Shown here one piece after another: positions 63,976 through 64,000 of a stretch of DNA of 64,000 nt (within the stretch, counting starts at the first letter, position 1; every line of letters starts with the position of its first letter). Below the pieces are notes generated by a model. The model saw only the letters and a program-made list of their open reading frames with translations. It was not told where the DNA came from and ran no database searches. This stretch comes from the human T2T-CHM13v2.0 reference genome, Homo sapiens: NCBI RefSeq assembly GCF_009914755.1, contig NC_060936.1, one strand, 5' to 3'. A program made the position numbers and the translations under genes.

Positions 63976-64000
63976 AAAACTGAGGTTCAGAGTAACTGGC

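Overview
Primate (most likely human) genomic DNA that is essentially non-coding and rich in repeats. I cannot support any protein-coding gene. The ORF track consists of Alu-derived, L1-derived or chance ORFs, and I could not identify the locus by name. The window opens inside a HERV-H LTR7 (solo or 3' LTR) whose poly(A) hexamer is mutated. A CpG island at about 7.6-8.9 kb has bidirectional-promoter architecture: two inverted CCAAT boxes, an RFX half X-box, GC boxes and a strong + strand 5' splice site. Candidate splice sites on both sides suggest non-coding transcripts or a gene with a long first intron. The 9-34 kb region is MIR/L2-rich unique sequence with motif clusters (CTCF, TCF/LEF, IRF) and a ~100-nt hairpin. 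The 34-56 kb region is a nested transposon pile-up (old L1M, L1PA, MLT1, Tigger3a, Alu). The 56-64 kb region is mostly unique and has a pre-miRNA-like hairpin and a weak minus-strand exon chain. No new biological system is demonstrated. The best leads are the two hairpins, the LTR7 read-through or splice hypothesis, and the divergent promoter. Repeat subfamily names come from recalled consensus sequences and their boundaries are approximate.
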